From IMG/VR virus record IMGVR_UViG_3300011604_000001, positions 1 to 44,647 of that record: 44,647 nucleotides of DNA; one strand, given 5' to 3'. This document shows, in pieces, positions 41,354-44,647 of this stretch. Under the pieces are notes generated by a model. It saw only the letters and a program-made list of their open reading frames with translations, did not search any database and had not been told where the DNA came from. A program made the translations under genes and the position numbers. The DNA is from a virus. Numbering within the stretch: the stretch's first letter is position 1; every line of letters begins with the position of its first letter.

Positions 41354-42781
41354 TTATACCGTGTTTTGCTTATCAGATAAAGCACTCATCACACTATCAT
41401 TGCTATATGCTTCAATCTCGGCTTGTGCTTGCTCAACATCTTCAACCGTTGCAATTTCATCTTCAACAAGTTTGTCGCGCATTTCCTTAAATGAGATAGC
41501 CCCACTTTGCCACTCTGCAATGAGTTGTTGGCGTTCTTGTGCTGTCATCTTGTTGGTTTGATAGTTGGTGTTTAAAGTCACCACACATTCGGGCTTATCG
41601 CCAGTAAACAGGCAGCAATAATTTAACGCCTTGCTAAATGCGTCTGATACGTTGTTGACAATCGTGGATAATACGCTCGTATTTATCGCATTGTCGCTAT
41701 TAGCTTCAGTAGCCGTCTTATTCGTGGTGCTCGTGTCGATTAACTTTGCACCTAACGCCACCATCTGCTGCTCTTTGTGCGTCATGGCTTCAAATAATGC
41801 CGTATTTGCATCTGCTTGCAGTAGTTCAGCAGTTGAGCCTTCGCCCAGTAAGTGAGCCGTGCGACTGCCTAGCGTTATCGGATGACCTTGCGTCATTACT
41901 TCTTGACCTTGTGCATTGACCGTTACGCCATCGTAGTAGTCACGCCAATCATCGGTTACGCCACTGACAAATAACGTAGGCTGTCCTGCAATAAAGATTG
42001 ATTCTTCATAATCTGCGCTATTGCGATAATGGGCAATGTTGACCTTGGCTAAATCATACATTGGGCTGTCATCGACATCTGCATCGTTATTCTCACTACC
42101 GATAAACGTGAAAGGAATTTCATTGAACGCCTTGCCGTTTGATTGTCTGATTGGGCTAACTTCACCAAACATCCATGCGCCATCTTTTTGCTGCACGATT
42201 TGGCTTGTTGCCACGCCGTCAGTTAGACGTAATACAATTAACTGTTCGGCTGTTTTTAGGCTAAAGCCGTCATCTTCGGTAACGTACTTTTCGCGGATAA
42301 CCACAAGTGTTAGTTTATCGTTTTCAGTGCGCCAGTTAATCACGCTTTCGGCTGGGTATAGCTTAACTTTTGGCTGATAGCCTAGCGCGTTTAATTGCTG
42401 TTTGCTTACCACGCCTTGATTGATGGGATAATCTGCCAATAAACCACAACGACCTTTTTGCAATACTTCAATCACGGCTCGTTTAGCAGTTTGGGCAATC
42501 TCTTTTTTGTCGAAGTTATCCGCATTATCAATCATTGGGTATTTACTAAACACCATACCAACAAGTGACTGGATTGTCCTGCGTGTGACGTTGTAGTAGT
42601 TCGCTCGCTCTTTGTACGCTTCAAAACGTGCACTGCTAATCAACGGGTCTTCGTAACTTGGGCTTGGGTTTGGCAGATAAGCAGACACATACGGCTCGCC
42701 TTTGTACGAGTTAGCACATAACGCCATAGCAGGTAACGCTTCTGCTAAATCGCTATGGATAATGTCAGGCTTAATAGTCAT
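41354..42781 (-). CDS. Portal protein, 475 aa
   Basis: It lies immediately downstream of TerL and has an appropriate size. It is followed by the MuF-like gene. Confidence 0.75.
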   Translation of the reverse strand: MTIKPDIIHSDLAEALPAMALCANSYKGEPYVSAYLPNPSPSYEDPLISSARFEAYKERANYYNVTRRTIQSLVGMVFSKYPMIDNADNFDKKEIAQTAKRAVIEVLQKGRCGLLADYPINQGVVSKQQLNALGYQPKVKLYPAESVINWRTENDKLTLVVIREKYVTEDDGFSLKTAEQLIVLRLTDGVATSQIVQQKDGAWMFGEVSPIRQSNGKAFNEIPFTFIGSENNDADVDDSPMYDLAKVNIAHYRNSADYEESIFIAGQPTLFVSGVTDDWRDYYDGVTVNAQGQEVMTQGHPITLGSRTAHLLGEGSTAELLQADANTALFEAMTHKEQQMVALGAKLIDTSTTNKTATEANSDNAINTSVLSTIVNNVSDAFSKALNYCCLFTGDKPECVVTLNTNYQTNKMTAQERQQLIAEWQSGAISFKEMRDKLVEDEIATVEDVEQAQAEIEAYSNDSVMSALSDKQNTV

Positions 42782-42784
42782 TGT

Positions 42785-44062
42785 TTAAAATCCCATTCTC
42801 ATTTTACGTCTTAACCGCGTAACTGGTTTAATAACTGGATATTTATAAGCGATAAAGTAGCCTCCTGCATCTAGCACATGGTCAACACCACTTGCCTTAT
42901 CGGGCATACCAAACTTATCGTAAACTTGTTGCTCTAACGCGCCTGTCAACTCGGGGCATCTTAGTGGATTGACAAAATACCGCCTTTCGCCTTGACTGTT
43001 TAAGATAAGGCTATTCATGGCGTTTAATCTATCTTTAATCGCTGGGTTTGTGCCGTTGACATATAGCGTAAAACCATGTTGTCTTAAAATCGCATGGTCT
43101 GATTCGCTGCTGTTTTTGCTGCTTGTTGCTTGCCCTGCGGCATCGGGGTAAATACAGATTTTATGGTTTGGGTAACGCTCTTTAAGCAATACCGCCATTG
43201 TTGGTGTGTCTCTAACGCCCACTAACTCATCGACAGCATGAGGTAAGTTATCCCTTGTCACATAAACAACGGCTGCCATTTTAAGTACGTTAAAGTCCAT
43301 ACCAACGTGCAGCACATCGCCATCTTGCACGCTCTCAAAACTGGCATTTAGTTGTCTGTCAAAGTCGGGGTAAACTGCGCCGCTTGTAAGGTTTACAAAC
43401 TGCCCATTCAAATAGGCGTTAATTAATTGCGGCGGATAGCTTTCTTTTAATGACTCTATGTAGTCATCGGGTAAGTTTAACTCGTTGTCATACGTTGACG
43501 CTTGGATAAGTCCGTATAACTCACCCTTGCGCTGGCTACTGTTTGCCTCTTTGACAAACTGCTCGTAAGTAAACTTAAATCCCTCAGGTGTTGTTGTTAC
43601 ATCAATGCCGTTTTTAAGCTTGGGCACTTTGTAACGCATACGCGCGATAATCTTACGCCATGCTTCACGCGCTTTGTCAGTTGGTAGTGTGTCTAATTCA
43701 TCAACTAAGGCTTGACCGATTTTAAAACCAACGATTGATGATGGATTGTCCATTGAGCGACAAATCGTTGTGCCGCGATAAGTGCGCCCACTATAAAAAT
43801 GCACCTCTTTGTTTGCTGTCTTTATATCAACTCGTAAGCCCCAGTCATACGCACATTCTTCAATGGTTGGGTAAAAAATATCTCTAATCTGTGGGTAACT
43901 TGGTGCAAAGTAGCCGCTATTTACCGTTGGAAATTCCCAATGATGTTTACAAAGACTTGCACACCCCGACCATGTTTTACCGCCACCAAACCCCGCTACA
44001 TAAGCTCTAAATTTATTCGGCAGGTTGAGAAACTGCGCTTGTGGTATGTTCAGGCTCGGCAT
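42785..44062 (-). CDS. terL: Terminase large subunit
   Basis: Walker A VAGFGGGKTW, Walker B-like QALVDELD and a C-terminal nuclease-like region. It lies between TerS and portal. Confidence 0.85.
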   Translation of the reverse strand: MPSLNIPQAQFLNLPNKFRAYVAGFGGGKTWSGCASLCKHHWEFPTVNSGYFAPSYPQIRDIFYPTIEECAYDWGLRVDIKTANKEVHFYSGRTYRGTTICRSMDNPSSIVGFKIGQALVDELDTLPTDKAREAWRKIIARMRYKVPKLKNGIDVTTTPEGFKFTYEQFVKEANSSQRKGELYGLIQASTYDNELNLPDDYIESLKESYPPQLINAYLNGQFVNLTSGAVYPDFDRQLNASFESVQDGDVLHVGMDFNVLKMAAVVYVTRDNLPHAVDELVGVRDTPTMAVLLKERYPNHKICIYPDAAGQATSSKNSSESDHAILRQHGFTLYVNGTNPAIKDRLNAMNSLILNSQGERRYFVNPLRCPELTGALEQQVYDKFGMPDKASGVDHVLDAGGYFIAYKYPVIKPVTRLRRKMRMGF

Positions 44063-44504
44063 TTCGTCTAGCGTCCTTTACTTCCACAATTACATTTACA
44101 GGTTGGGCATTTGATTGCATTTCATCATCTGATATCGTTGAGTCATTAATAAAGATGCCGCCTGCATCTTGTGCCGCCTGTTTTAATATCTCTAGTTTTA
44201 TTTTTGGGCTTTTAGTTTTCTCAAATTCTTCTTGATACTTTTTCAAGCGTTGTGGCGTGTGAGCAATCCAAAGATTGGATGTATCGCTTATAGCTTGCTC
44301 TCGGTAAGTATTGAATAAATCAATCCATTTTTTACTAAGCTCTTTAGCTGCATTTTCCGTGGATGGGTTATAAAAACAAACCTGTTGCCTTGATACATCA
44401 ATATCAAATTCTTCTTTTACAGCCTGTATGATTTCATGTGGTTTCAAAAAGTTAGCAAACCCATGAATGATAAAGGCTTTAACCTTATCATTAAGGGCAG
44501 CCAT
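44013..44504 (-). CDS. terS: Terminase small subunit candidate (DUF2280-like)
   Basis: The N-terminal LNDKVKAFIIHGFANFLKPHEIIQAVKEEFDIDVSRQQVCFYNP matches my recollection of the DUF2280 family. It lies directly upstream of TerL. Confidence 0.6.
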   Translation of the reverse strand: MAALNDKVKAFIIHGFANFLKPHEIIQAVKEEFDIDVSRQQVCFYNPSTENAAKELSKKWIDLFNTYREQAISDTSNLWIAHTPQRLKKYQEEFEKTKSPKIKLEILKQAAQDAGGIFINDSTISDDEMQSNAQPVNVIVEVKDARRNAEPEHTTSAVSQPAE

Positions 44505-44524
44505 AATTTTATATTCCGAAAAGT

Positions 44525-44647
44525 AGAGAAAAGTTAACCACCGTTTGCGACCTTATCTTTTAATGCCTTAATATCCGCATTGTCTTTGTATCGCTCAATG
44601 ACTGAGTAAAACTCCTCAATGTCATGGTTAGCTAGATAATGCTTAGG
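44525..44647. repeat. Terminal overlap, second copy (identical to 1-123)
   Basis: See the first feature. It contains the 3' end of the metallopeptidase gene. Confidence 0.95.

Noticed and set aside
41286-41561. Plus-strand ORFs 41286-41561 and 41290-41490 across the portal 3' end
   Set aside because: They overlap the portal gene and the moron promoter region, have Cys/Ser-rich odd translations, and have no RBS. The region is better explained as the portal C-terminus plus an intergenic promoter.

Overview
The window is a complete, circularly closed genome of about 44.5 kb from a tailed, temperate-type phage. Bases 1-123 are identical to 44525-44647, so the unique length is 44,524 bp. No homology search was possible. 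Every function call rests on motifs I recognise, gene order, and signals read directly from the DNA.

Layout:
- **Immunity switch (9.6-10.7 kb):** a divergent Cro-like / CI-like (LexA-S24) pair with TTGCAT-N6-ATGCAA operators at both a right and a left control region.
- **Early-right operon (minus strand, 9.6 to 2.4 kb):** an HTH-Rha-antirepressor fusion, a replication initiator with internal iterons, DnaB, a RuvC-like resolvase, HNH, NinB-like and YbcO-like proteins, and a putative Q-like late regulator.
- **Early-left operon (plus strand, 10.9-15.9 kb):** a DUF1351-like protein, a Sak4-like ATPase, a PD-(D/E)XK nuclease and SSB. It ends in a truncated tyrosine-integrase remnant.
- **Late operon (minus strand, about 27 kb, wrapping the circle from about 1.2 kb through 44.5 kb down to 16.4 kb):** metallopeptidase, TerS (DUF2280-like), TerL, portal, MuF-like protein, scaffold, capsid, connectors, a lambda-like tail module (V, G/GT, H, M, L, K, I, J) and a lysis cassette.

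I found no tRNA, rRNA, CRISPR array or transposase.

Most interesting leads:
1. A counter-oriented three-gene cassette (1.25-2.3 kb). It is driven by two near-consensus promoters that carry the same 18-bp palindromic operator in opposite orientations, and it encodes a small RHH-like regulator. The architecture resembles an acr-aca operon or a toxin-antitoxin module.
2. An adjacent ORF-free, CTAG-rich region of about 0.5 kb. It has a candidate late promoter, a downstream -10-like element and an intrinsic terminator, so it could be a Q-type antitermination leader or a structured RNA.
3. A fibre-gene cassette embedded in the head-tail joining module.
4. An Ltp-type superinfection-exclusion moron next to the tape-measure gene.
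5. An extra fibre-like gene between the gpM and gpL homologues.
6. A 1850-aa J protein containing 95-bp perfect in-frame repeats.
7. Many intrinsic terminators inside the late operon.
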